Source: Cirrosporium novae-zelandiae (Eukaryota). Taken from it: a stretch of 64,000 nucleotides of DNA. Shown piece after piece: positions 26,098 through 37,474 of the stretch. The notes beneath the pieces are model-generated. The model did not search any database. It was not told where the DNA came from and worked only from the letters and a program-made list of their open reading frames with translations. Where the stretch lies: contig JAPETS010000053.1 of assembly GCA_026023565.1 (NCBI GenBank), forward strand, positions 1 to 64,000, in the 5' to 3' direction. Both the position numbers and the translations under genes were made by a program. The first letter of the stretch is position 1. Every line of letters begins with the position of its first letter.

Positions 26098-28615
26098 ATG
26101 GATCCTACCAAAGATTTCTCGTCATTTCAGAGAGATGTAACATCTACTCTAGTCAGTACCACAAAAACCGTCGGTCAAATTTCTGTACAGGATTTGTCAT
26201 TTCAAACGTCAATCAACCCCTCGCTCTCAAAATCTCTGGATAACCAAAGAACGCGCTTGTTAGGCCTTGCCGAAAAGTTATTGAAGACAGCTACTAGTGG
26301 CTCTGGGGTTGATGCGCAACCGCTCGAGGATGCGGATGCTGTTGAAGACAACTGGCGAGGGGTCGTTGATATAATCGATAACCTTCTAGAAAAGGTTGAT
26401 TCTTGCCTTGATGAATACACTGGGGTGATAAAAAGATTGAGCCCAGCAGGACAGACACAGTCATCAGGAGCTTCAACGGAGCGGACACATTCTAGACCTA
26501 AATTTGGTCAATCCAAGAATATACCAAAACCACAACTTCTTTTCAATAAAGTACCTACCAACGATGAAGTTACAACATTTAAACCACTTCTTACGTCGAA
26601 ACCCCACGCTATCGAACCATTGGATGAATCTCTTAAAACTTTTGTTGATGAAGATGGGCAAGAGGCGTATGACATCTCATTTTATCATCTTGTTAAAGAC
26701 CCCCAACAATTCCAACATCAAATTGACACCACTTTCAGATACAAAAACCCATATGAAACAGAAATCGACCGATACAAGTATCCTAAATTCGTTTATGAGC
26801 GAAAAGAGCCGATACCCTACCTACCATTTGAATCTACAGCGGCAACATTTGTGGATACCCCCGAAGCTGTGACCGCCATGCTCGCCGAATTGAAAGAGGC
26901 CAAGGAAATAGCAGTAGATCTCGAACACCATGATCAAAGGTCGTATATCGGAATCGTCTCGCTGATGCAAATAAGCACTCGAGACAAAGATTGGATCATA
27001 GATACCCTCAAGCCTTGGAGGGAAGACCTTCAAGCTCTCAACGAGGTATTTGCGGATCCAAACATCTTGAAGGTAGGTCTGAAGCCGTTGTATTATCCGA
27101 ACATAATTGAACGTAGAAATAGGTCTTTCACGGCTCGCATATGGACATGATCTGGTTGCAGCGAGATCTAGGTTTGTATATAGTTGGTCTGTTCGATACT
27201 TTTCATGCTACAAATGCTCTAGGCCATCTAAAACATAGTCTGGCGGCATTGCTTGAACGATATGTACACATTATAGCAGACAAGCAGTATCAACTAGCAG
27301 ACTGGCGAACACGGTATAATCCACCCACAACTAACTGAAGCCATTCGATAGCTAATGACGTCTTAGGCCGCTGTCGGATGTCATGATGAAATACGCCCGA
27401 TCCGACACACATTATCTCCTCTATATATACGACAGGCTTCGAAATGATCTAATTGAACAATCAAACCCAAGTCTTCCTGATGGAGATTTGATTGACCAGA
27501 TCCTTGATAATTCTAAAAAAGAGGCCTTACAGCGGTATGAACGGCCATTCTACGACGATGCTAGAGGAAGTGGCCGGTTTGGATGGTATAACCTTCTGAC
27601 TAGAAGCTCGGCTATTTTTACCAAAGAGCAGTTCTCTGTGTTTAGAGCTGTCCACAGATGGAGAGATACCGTTGCACGCAAAGAGGATGACTCAATCTAT
27701 TATGTCATGGCCAACAAGACGATATATAACCTGGCACGGGCGATGCCGATAGACGTGTCTTCCGTCATTGCAGCATGCAATCCTATCACGCCAGCCATAG
27801 AAAGAAGATTTTCGGAGCTTGCGAAACTAATCAAAAAGGCCAAGGATGCCGGGAAGGACGGCCCCGAGTTTCGTGATGTGATCCGGCCGTGGAAAACGAG
27901 CGCTGAAATTCCCCAGACTTTGGTTCAAAGCCAAGAGACTTCAGAGCCAGTCCAAGCGAACATCAAAATGGTGTCATGTACCCCGGCGAGCGCTTTGGCT
28001 GCCAGGTCTTCGGAATCTCGTTTCTGGGGGGGCACATTAGCCAACAATCCCGCTCACGAGATCTGGAGGGGTTTCGATACGGTACCTGAAGCTCTTCGTT
28101 TGGCTTTGCCGCTACCCCAGCTCGCCTCCGGGGAGCCGATTATACAGAGCATAGCGGCAGAAAGGCTGCCAGCATCTGCAGAAACCAACTCGGAACCGGA
28201 ACCAAGTTCTGGTAGGAAACGTGAGCGTGAAGAGGTGATAGTCCTAAATGCTTCCAAGAAAAGAATGGCCCCGGCATCCGAAGACGATCAGATCGGAGAC
28301 GCGTCCTCAAACACCAGTAGCCCCGTTGATAAGAACAAGAAAACGTCAAAGAGGATTGCCCGTAAGCAGGCAAAGGAGGCACGGCGACTCGCTAATATGA
28401 TGAATAACCTTGAAAATAATAGAGAAGATGGGGACCAAGAAGCATTCGACTATGAGAATGCTACATCGGTGCTTCATGCAAAGACAAGCAACAAGGCAGC
28501 CTCGACAACACAACCAAAGGCATTCAATCCTTACGCAAAGGCTATGGAAGCACCGGCAGGAGCAAAAAAGACGCACCGGGAGCAGACAGGGAGAAGCTTC
28601 ACGTTCAAGCGTTAA
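26098..28615 (+). CDS. RRP6: Nuclear exosome 3'-5' exoribonuclease Rrp6
   Basis: PMC2NT-like N-terminus, DEDD exonuclease ([48 protein letters not shown]), HRDC ([11 protein letters not shown]); introns 26667-26738, 27073-27122, 27314-27366. Confidence 0.97.
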
Positions 28616-30204
28616 TGGCACTTCTCGGAGCCCTGTACATTAAAAATGTAGCTCGATTTATTCTAGTACTCGAGTAGTTCCGGCGCTGCCGATGTTCCCC
28701 GCATTTGATATTGTGTATCTTCGCGTGGGTCCAAAGGTTATTGGGGGAGCGCACCCATGGGATTCCAAGCTTGATGACAATTCTGCAGACCTACACTGAT
28801 TACATTGAAGCGATCAAGGATGATTGCGCATCTGAACACTGTAAGGCAGGAAGGGTTGAGCTGATTGAGGTACGCCTTGAACTTTTCAGCTGGTAAAGAT
28901 GGCTTGTGTATACTATTCTCAAAGTTAGCTATTACTGCCCAACGGCTGTGCCTATAGGAATGTGTGCCCTATCAAAGCTGACAGGCGCTACGGGTAGGGC
29001 AGAAGGCAAAGAATCCACATGTTGATAGCGAACAGGTCGGGAGCTCAGCCCGATAGTTTGTGCAAGCGAAAAGTTTGTTGCTGATGGGTGGTCGAGGGGC
29101 GTTTTTCCATTTCATGCATTGTTGTTCTAGAAATGGTGGCATCCATCTAATACCAGGATACAGTTTTACTCTGAATGTCTTAGTACTGACCAAAATTCAA
29201 AAAGGGGTGTCTAGATCTGCCAAGGATAGACTGTCAGGGTGTGTTGTAGCGTGCCGTTTGTTTCTGAGATGGTCAAGGCAGTTGTATAAACAAACTGCCG
29301 GATGGACCAGCAACGTAACGGCATTCATCTGGTTCATGGTAAGGAGCAAAGTATGGCTGACGCCAACAGGTCAGGAGAGTTTGTACGAAACAGGTTCCTT
29401 CAGGACTCAGGACTCAGGAGCATTTTGTACGTGTTTTTCCTTTGGCGGTGATGAAAGTCGGAGCAGGCTACCCTAACCAGTCCGATCTACATTTACACGA
29501 GCAAGAAGAGGGCGATTTACTATTATTAATTGTTCCCTTGATGATACCAACAAGTTGAAAGGTGATGCACAAGTTTCAAAGGACACATGGTTGTTCCAGC
29601 TATCCCTGAACCTTGGAGGGAGCTGGGACCCTCTCTTGTGCAACATATAATTTGGAAGGGATTGGAGGGGGGGGGTTGAGTTATTGCTAGGTATTGTTAG
29701 CAAGGGACGTTGTCGGGTTCGGCTGGAGGAGGAGGTGTGTGAATAGTTTTTTGGCAGAAGTTGGGAAGTTGGAAAGTTGGGAAGTTGGGTAGTCAAAGTC
29801 AGTGCGGATTGATCTACCGTCTTTTAGATGAAAAGCACCACTTTGTACCTCAACTAAACTGCTTTGGATCACCATCGGCTGACCAGATAAAACGCGAACA
29901 GGAACAGGAATGGCCATTTTGATTTCTTGAACCAATTAGCAGTGGATTTAGGGAACAGATAGTAACAGATAGTCAAAAGATAGTCAAAAGATAGTTGGAG
30001 ATAGTTGGAGATAGTACAAGACATTTTCTGACATGGACCGTGTTTCGACGATCCTGACATCAGTTGAAAATAAAGAACTGGAGCCAAGCAGGACAACTAA
30101 AGAGGAAAACGTTCATTGCGCGGCATTTCAATGGTAAGAGTCATTTTAGTACATTAGTGGATTTGATTATTTGACTAGTTACAGTCGTACTAATTATCTA
30201 GTGG

Positions 30205-30305
30205 ACAGAAAGTGGAACAGAAATGGAACAGAAATGGCACAGAAATGGCACAGAAATGGCACAGAAATGGCACAGAAATGGCACAGAAATGGCACAAGAA
30301 ATGGG
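30205..30305. repeat. 11-bp minisatellite (ACAGAAATGGC) x6 perfect plus flanking variants
   Basis: Perfect copies 30228-30293; degenerate copies on both sides. Confidence 0.95.
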
Positions 30306-30564
30306 GCCGCAGGGGCCCTACCTTACCCCTTCGCCACTTGACATGCCTGTCTCTGCCTGTCCGACATTTCTAAACTAATTTGTAGTACAAGTGTACGTGC
30401 ACCCTAACAACTAACGATTTAACTATTAATTACTTCTTTCTTGACTCTCCTGGTGTAAATAAATAAAGAGAAGAGGAGAGAGAAGAGGGAGGGAGAGAGA
30501 AAAAGAACGAAAGAAAGAAAGAGAAAAGGATTCTTTGTAAAAATGAATTATCTGTGATTCCTTG

Positions 30565-30640
30565 GATGACGATGATGATCATAATAATCATAATCATCAT
30601 AATCATCATAATCATCATAATAATCATAATGATGATGAGG
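30565..30640. repeat. Compound trinucleotide microsatellite (ATG/ATC/ATA)n
   Basis: Read directly from the sequence. Confidence 0.9.
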
Positions 30641-31496
30641 ATAAAATGTATTAATTCTTGGCAGGGCCTGGTAATAACTCTCCTCTCTCTTTCTCTCTCT
30701 TTCGGTTATTCAAAGGGTAAACAAAAGAAAGAAAACAAGGTAAGCGGTGAAAAACATGGAAGATGAACAGAAAAAAAAGATGATTATTCACTAAAAGCTA
30801 TAATGATGATAATTAAAATGATAATAATGATATAAGTAAAAAGTAGCAATTTCTCTCAATGTTGTGTTGCCTTCACCGGTAGACTTGTCCGTCTGGTCTT
30901 GTACATGTACCTTGCACCTTACACACACCTAACTACCTCCAGTACCTACTACCTACTACCTAAGTACATGTACCTACCTTACCTTACCTTACCTACCGAC
31001 CACCTACCTAACTACCTACCACACCCACTTACCACCTTACCACCGAGCCTACCTATCTAACTTGCCTTTATTCTTTCATCCTCAAACCCTTCCTGCCACA
31101 CCCCCCCTCTTTGAATTGAATTGAAAATCCTCCCCCTCCTTCTAATCCTTTCCAAAAAAAAAAACAACTCCCACCCTAATACCCTAATAATATCTATCCA
31201 TCGCTCTCTTTCTCTTTCTCTCTCTTTAACATCCATCCCACACCACCCCCCACCCTCCTATCAACATACCAATCTCAACCCAAACGAACCTTTCGGCTTC
31301 TTTCACCACCTTTTGTCGCTCCTTACCATCCCTACACAACAAACGCGCCTTTCAAACTTGAAACAGACGCCGGGCAAGAGATAACTCGGCGGGACCGCAA
31401 TCTCTTGTCGACAACCTTTGAAAGACCAAAAATTCATTCCCTTGCGTTTGAAACCCCCCCCAACATAGACCAATTGCTTGGAGATTTGCTCCAAGA

Positions 31497-34012
31497 ATGT
31501 CGGTCGCTACAATGCTTCAACCCGCCTCGAGAATGTCCCGCGCATCCACATCTTCATCCTCTTCATATGTCCCGATGACTCGACAAAACACAATGTCCTC
31601 GCACGATGGCAGATCTCTTCGCCAATCGAAGCGCTACTCCGTCACGGCCGTCTATCTGTCCATGTCTGCCAAGGACAAAGATTTGGAGATTGATGATGCA
31701 CTTGCGAAAGGTAATGGTGTGCATCGTTGGATAATTGCTTGAGCTAATGCATCTTTCCAGCCCAGAAGATATTACGCGAATTAAAATCCAAAATATCATC
31801 GCAGTCGAAAAAGAACTTTGTACTTGAAAAGGATGTTCGTTACTTGGATTCTAGAATCGCACTTCTTATTCAAAATCGCATGGCCTTGGAAGAGGTATCT
31901 TGTTTCATCTCTGTCGATTCGGAACATCTACTAACTGAACCAGCAAAATGAAGTCGCAAGCCATCTCGAAGATGCGACTGACCTTCAAGAAGGTTTCTTC
32001 CCAAATGATGAAAAGACTCAGAAATATGGCAATCTATTTTTTCTCCTCCAATCCGAACCTCGTTATATCGCTCACCTCTGTCGGCTTGTTACAATGGCTG
32101 AAATAGACTCTTTATTGCAAACTGTCATGTTTACTATTTATGGAAACCAGTATGAAAGCAGAGAGGAACATCTGCTGTTGACCATGTTTCAGTCCGTCTT
32201 GACTTACCAGTTCGAAAATACCCCAGAATACTCGTCTTTGCTTCGACAAAATACTCCTGTTTCTCGTATGATGACGACCTATACCAGACGTGGACCCGGC
32301 CAGAGCTATCTAAAGGATATCCTCGCAGACAAAATCAACTCGCTAATTGAACTGGAAGATGTGGATTTGGAAATTAACCCGCTCAAAGTCTACGAGCGGA
32401 TGGTAGCACAGATCGAAGAAGATACCGGTACTCTTCCTCCATATCTACCCAAGGGTGTTACTGGAGAGGAAGCTGCAGCCAACCAGCAGGTTCAGGCCAT
32501 AATCGAGCCGAGATTGACCATGTTGATGGATATCGCGACTTCGTTCCTAACCACCATTATCGATGCTGTGGATGAGACTCCCTACGGAATTCGTTGGATT
32601 TGTAAACAGATTCGAAGTCTGTCCAAGAGGAAATACCCCGATGCTTCGGACACGACCATCTGCACCCTTATCGGTGGTTTCTTTTTCCTTCGATTCATCA
32701 ACCCCGCCATAGTCACTCCACGGTCATACATGCTAATCGAGCATATTCCAAATGACCATCCTCGTCGAACACTAACCTTGATTGCCAAGATGCTCCAGAA
32801 CCTGGCCAACAAACCATCCTATGCCAAGGAACCTTATATGGCACGGCTACAGCCATTCATCCATCAAAACAAGGAGCGAGTCAACAAGTTCATGTTTGAT
32901 CTCTGCGAGGTACAGGACTTTTATGAAAGCTTGGAGATGGATAATTACGTGGCCTTGTCCAAGAGAGACCTTGAGCTCCAAATAAGTTTGAACGAAGTGT
33001 ATGCAACACATTCCTTGTTAGAAAAACACGGCGCTGCGCTAGCCAAGGATGAGAGCAACCATCTCAGCATCATCCTAAGTGAGCTCGGACCAGCGCCTGC
33101 GCAACTGCCACGCAAGGAGAACAGGGCTATCAATCTTCCGCTGTTCAGTAAATGGGAGACGTCCCTTGATGACCTTACTGCGGCTTTGGATATTACCCAG
33201 GAGGAGGTTTTCTTCATGGAGGCCAAGTCGACATTCGTCCAGATAATGCGGTCGCTTCCAGAAAAGAGTTCAGCTACCCGAAGACCTCTGAGACTAGATC
33301 ATGTCGCAGAAGCTGCCGCTACTCTGAAGAATGATGGGGTCATGGTGAAGAAAGGGATAAGAGCCATGGAACTGCTGAGCCAACTACAAGAGATGGGAGT
33401 CACTGACAAGTCGGATGGGTTTGCCCTCCTTCGGGATGAAGTCGAGCAAGAATTGGTACACCTTGGATCCTTGAAGGAGAAAGTTGTTGAAGAGACCAAG
33501 AAACTCGAGGAAGTCTTCAAAACAATCAGAGATCACAATGCGTACTTGGTTGGTCAATTGGAAACCTACAAGTCATATCTCCACAACGTGCGAAGCCAAT
33601 CTGAGGGCAAAACAAGAAAACAGCAAAAACATCAAGTTCTTGGACCCTACAAGTTTACCCATCAACAGCTAGAAAAGGAAGGTGTCATTCAGAGAAGCAA
33701 TGTTCCAGAGAACAGGCGAGCAAACATCTATTTCAACTTTACGAGTCCCTTGCCTGGGACCTTTGTTATTAGTCTGCATTACAAAGGTATGTCTTGGAGT
33801 GGTATTTCTTTTCCTTTTTTAGGTGGTGGGCTGTACACTAATTCTCTACAGGTCGTAGTCGTGGTCTCCTTGAGCTTGATCTAAAGCTTGATGACCTCTT
33901 GGAGATGCAAAAGGATAATCAAGAAGACCTTGACCTTGAATACGTTCAATTCAACGTATCCAAAGTCTTGTCATTGTTGAACAAAAGGTTTGCCAGGAAA
34001 AAGGGTTGGTAA
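31497..34012 (+). CDS. Ras GTPase-activating protein (GapA/Gap1-Sar1 type) with RasGAP_C domain
   Basis: RasGAP motifs [48 protein letters not shown]; introns 31711-31760, 31895-31943, 33787-33851; ends [12 protein letters not shown]. Confidence 0.96.
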
Positions 34013-34819
34013 AATCTTCCCAAGGTACCTTGCATAATGAGCGACACCAAGAGACGGATCGAGTGAACATGGCCAATGCACAATATGTTCCTATTCGATG
34101 GTATAGCAGACTAGGAAGTATATTGCAGCTGGCGATGGAGGTAATGAGTCTGTCCATGTACCATACAAACAACATTGTTATGGTCGACAACTCAATCAAC
34201 ACGACTCGGTGACTTTTAATGTTTGATGATATCCGGATATCGGGATCATCAGTGGAATCATGATGATTTAGGTTATGTCGCTACCGCTATTTCCTTTTTG
34301 GGGTTGAATGGGCTTTGCTATTCTACTTTTCCTCTTAATATGTGATACTCCGAAAGGCGATTCCTTTGGGATGGAAGGCGTTAGAGTTAACAGGATCTCG
34401 CGAATGGATTGAGGGAGCGTGTTTTGGTTTCATCTCATAACTTGCTATGGCTGTGCTCTCAGCCTGCAGGCTCGGGTTGGGTGGGACTTAATTGAACTGA
34501 GACGACTGGCTTTGGGTTGGAATGGATGGGATGGATGGATGGATGTGACGGCGGATTCCTGGACTTTTTTTTTTTTTCCTTTTTTTTTTATAACTCAACA
34601 AATGTGTACGTCTTGCGTTTGTTGCTGCTCTGATCGAAATATCGAAATGGTGTGGCTGGTCGTGATATGTATTTGTATGATGAATTTGAACGAAGGTCGT
34701 TTTTTGTGAGTGTTTTTTGCTCTTGAGAAGAAAGAAAGATTTATACATTTATTTGTTAAACTGTTAGAGTTTGGATCTTATCTTATATGAGGGTGTATAT
34801 GAGTGAGTGAGTGTGAGTG

Positions 34820-36325
34820 TGAATGTGAGATGGCAATGGCAAGTTTTCAAACAAGTACTTTAATATCTCCTCCCTCTTCCGCCCTTCCTTCTTCTTCTCT
34901 TCCCTTCCTTTGCTTTTTCGTGAGAAAGGGTAGCGTTGGGCAAAATTACAAATCAAGTTGTAGGGCTTATGAATGAATGAATGGGTGGGTAGGTGAGTAG
35001 GTGAATGAGTAAGTGTGGGTGGATGGGTGAGTGTATGAACGCTAATAGAACACAATGGGGCACAATTCAATACACAATACTATAGATATGATGGGAGAAA
35101 GAAGAATATAAAGGTATAAAAGAATATAAAAATTGTAGTCTTTTTTTTTTCCCCCACATTTTTTTGGTTCGTTGGATATACCTTATAAAAAACTACCCCC
35201 ACTTCACTCCACTCCCCAACCAAGGGTGATAACTCAACTCAAACAAATAAATTATTAATTAGACAACTTTCTTTTCTCCATACAAAATATATAAATGAAT
35301 AAATATATATATATAGGAACCCCTTCTCCTCCCTCCCCCTTTTTTTTTTCTTATCCAAATCCAAGAAATGATTTTCTGTATACTTATTCTATATACTTAT
35401 TCATTTGTTCATTTGTTCACTTAAATAGATGGATTTCTTTAGAAATAGGGAAATTCTTGACTATTTGACTACCTTCTTCCTTTCTTCATTTGCTTGCTTG
35501 GTTAAACACCCCCCCCCCCTTCCTCCCTTCCCCCCCGACCCCCCGCCTTTCCTAGGATGGATAGGATGTATGTTTGTTTTTTTACTGAGGATAGGAGATG
35601 GAGATGGGTCTACTATAGTGGAGATAGGGATGAGGATGGATATGAGGGGATATGGATTCATCCCATCTCATCTCATCTCACTCTATCCCATCACATCTCC
35701 TATATATATATATAATAAAAAATGGACATGGACATGAAAATCCACAAGTAATATATTTATGATGGATATGGATTCTATCCCATTGCAACCTTACTCAGGC
35801 CCATCCCCATCACATCTACCATATAATTATCCGAAGCAATAATACATAATACATCTCCAACCAAATGTAATCAATTCCCCTCTCTTCTTCCCCTTTTCTC
35901 CCTCTTTCCCTCCCTTACTATACATATTTGGTATTACATTTGCATTTGTATTTATATTGTGCTCTATGATTGCTCTCTTGGGATAAGGAAATCATAATCA
36001 CCCTACTCCCCTATTCACCTATACTCAACCTTATTCACCCACACCTCACACCTACTCACACCTACTCAACGTATTCATTCAACTCACCTATACCCACTCA
36101 CTCGACTCACAAACCCTTACTATAAACTTGCAATTGTGCGAGACAGAGTAGTAGTCTAGTGTTGAACGAGATTGCAAAATTGCTCAACACTATCCCCTCC
36201 CTTTTTTTTTTTCGCAAAAAAAGAAAAAGGAAGGGAAAGGGAAGGGGAAGAAAGAAGGGAAATATTAGAGCGACTTTTCTCTAACTTTCTCTTGAAGAAC
36301 TTGCCATTAACCATCTACTCTATAT
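34820..36325. repeat. Degenerate inverted repeat (arms ~34820-35110 and ~35880-36325) in a low-complexity intergenic block
   Basis: Colinear reverse-complement matches such as GATGGCAATGGCAAGTTTTCAA vs revcomp of TTGAAGAACTTGCCATTAACCATC, TAGCGTTGGGCAA vs revcomp of TTGCTCAACACTA, and GCACAATTCAATACA vs revcomp of TGTATTTATATTGTGC. Confidence 0.7.
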
Positions 36326-36757
36326 TCTAAGTAGCATATATTCTATGTATATAACCTAATATGATCTCTACTGCAATCCTCCAATCCCTCCCCCCCCCAA
36401 CACGTACAAGCCACCCACCCATATATATTTAAGCATTATTATTCGTTTTGATATTTTGATGTTTAGATGTTATACTATACCATCTATCTAATGCTAATTA
36501 GTTAGTAGTGTTATTCTTCTTCTTATTCCATCGTAGTCAGGTAGGTATTCAGGTATTCAATAGACCAATTGATTGAATATCCCCTTTCACAATCACCACC
36601 CTATAATATATACGTACAGCACACACAGTATCATGGCAGAGTTAATAGAATCCACACAATCCACACATCCACCAAAACCAAAACCAAAACCAAAACCAAA
36701 TCCCTCCATCTATCCATCCATCCATCCTAAAAAGGGGGGCCCTGTATTTACCCAACC

Positions 36758-36788
<31 letters not shown>

Positions 36789-37474
36789 GAAAAAGGCAAG
36801 TAATCAAAAATTCCCTATAATATCCCGGAAAGAAAAAATTGAAGTAAAGTGAAAGTAAAGGAAAGAATCTCTCCTCGCTCGCTTGCTATGCTATGCCAGG
36901 TTAGGTTAGGTTAGGTTATTCCGAGTAGAGAGAGTGAGCTTCCCCATATATACCCAAGTATTTATATTTATATCTATATAACCCCTGGGGACAAGAAGCC
37001 CTCTCGAGAGGGTTATATATATATACTGTTGAGAGAGAGGTATAGATACCTAGATACCTGGATAATTTATTCACTCACTGCTAGCTACTTTTCTGTAGTA
37101 GATATATAAATAAGATATCCAAGTAACAACAATAACAAGACTAATAGATAGTACGAGTGAAATAAAAAAGTATTGGTTATAGATAGCTAGTTATTATGTC
37201 TATGTATAGTATAAATACCAACACCCGGAGTCCGTCCATCCATCCGTTGTAAACCTTCCTATCCGTTAATACCCTATTAGAGCATAGGAGCTCTATTGCA
37301 TGAACAACCGAAACATACACACGCACACAACCGCATAGCATGGTATGGCAAATCCAACTTTTCCATTCCCGTTTATCTTTATCTTATCCTTTCCCCCTTT
37401 TTATTTTAGAAGGGAGCTCGTCTGCTCGTTCGTCCGCTCGTTTTATAAAACACAACACACATCCACCCACTCAC

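Noticed and set aside
28700..30100. Several short overlapping ORFs downstream of RRP6
   Set aside because: No motif recognised and frames are interrupted by stops; could not support a gene or pseudogene call.
36897..36918. (TTAGG)n tract resembling an interstitial telomere
   Set aside because: The unit is 5 bp, not TTAGGG, and it lies among many other pentamer microsatellites.
34400..37400. Causal link between MSH2 and the neighbouring microsatellite-rich DNA
   Set aside because: MSH2 looks intact and acts in trans; adjacency is not evidence.
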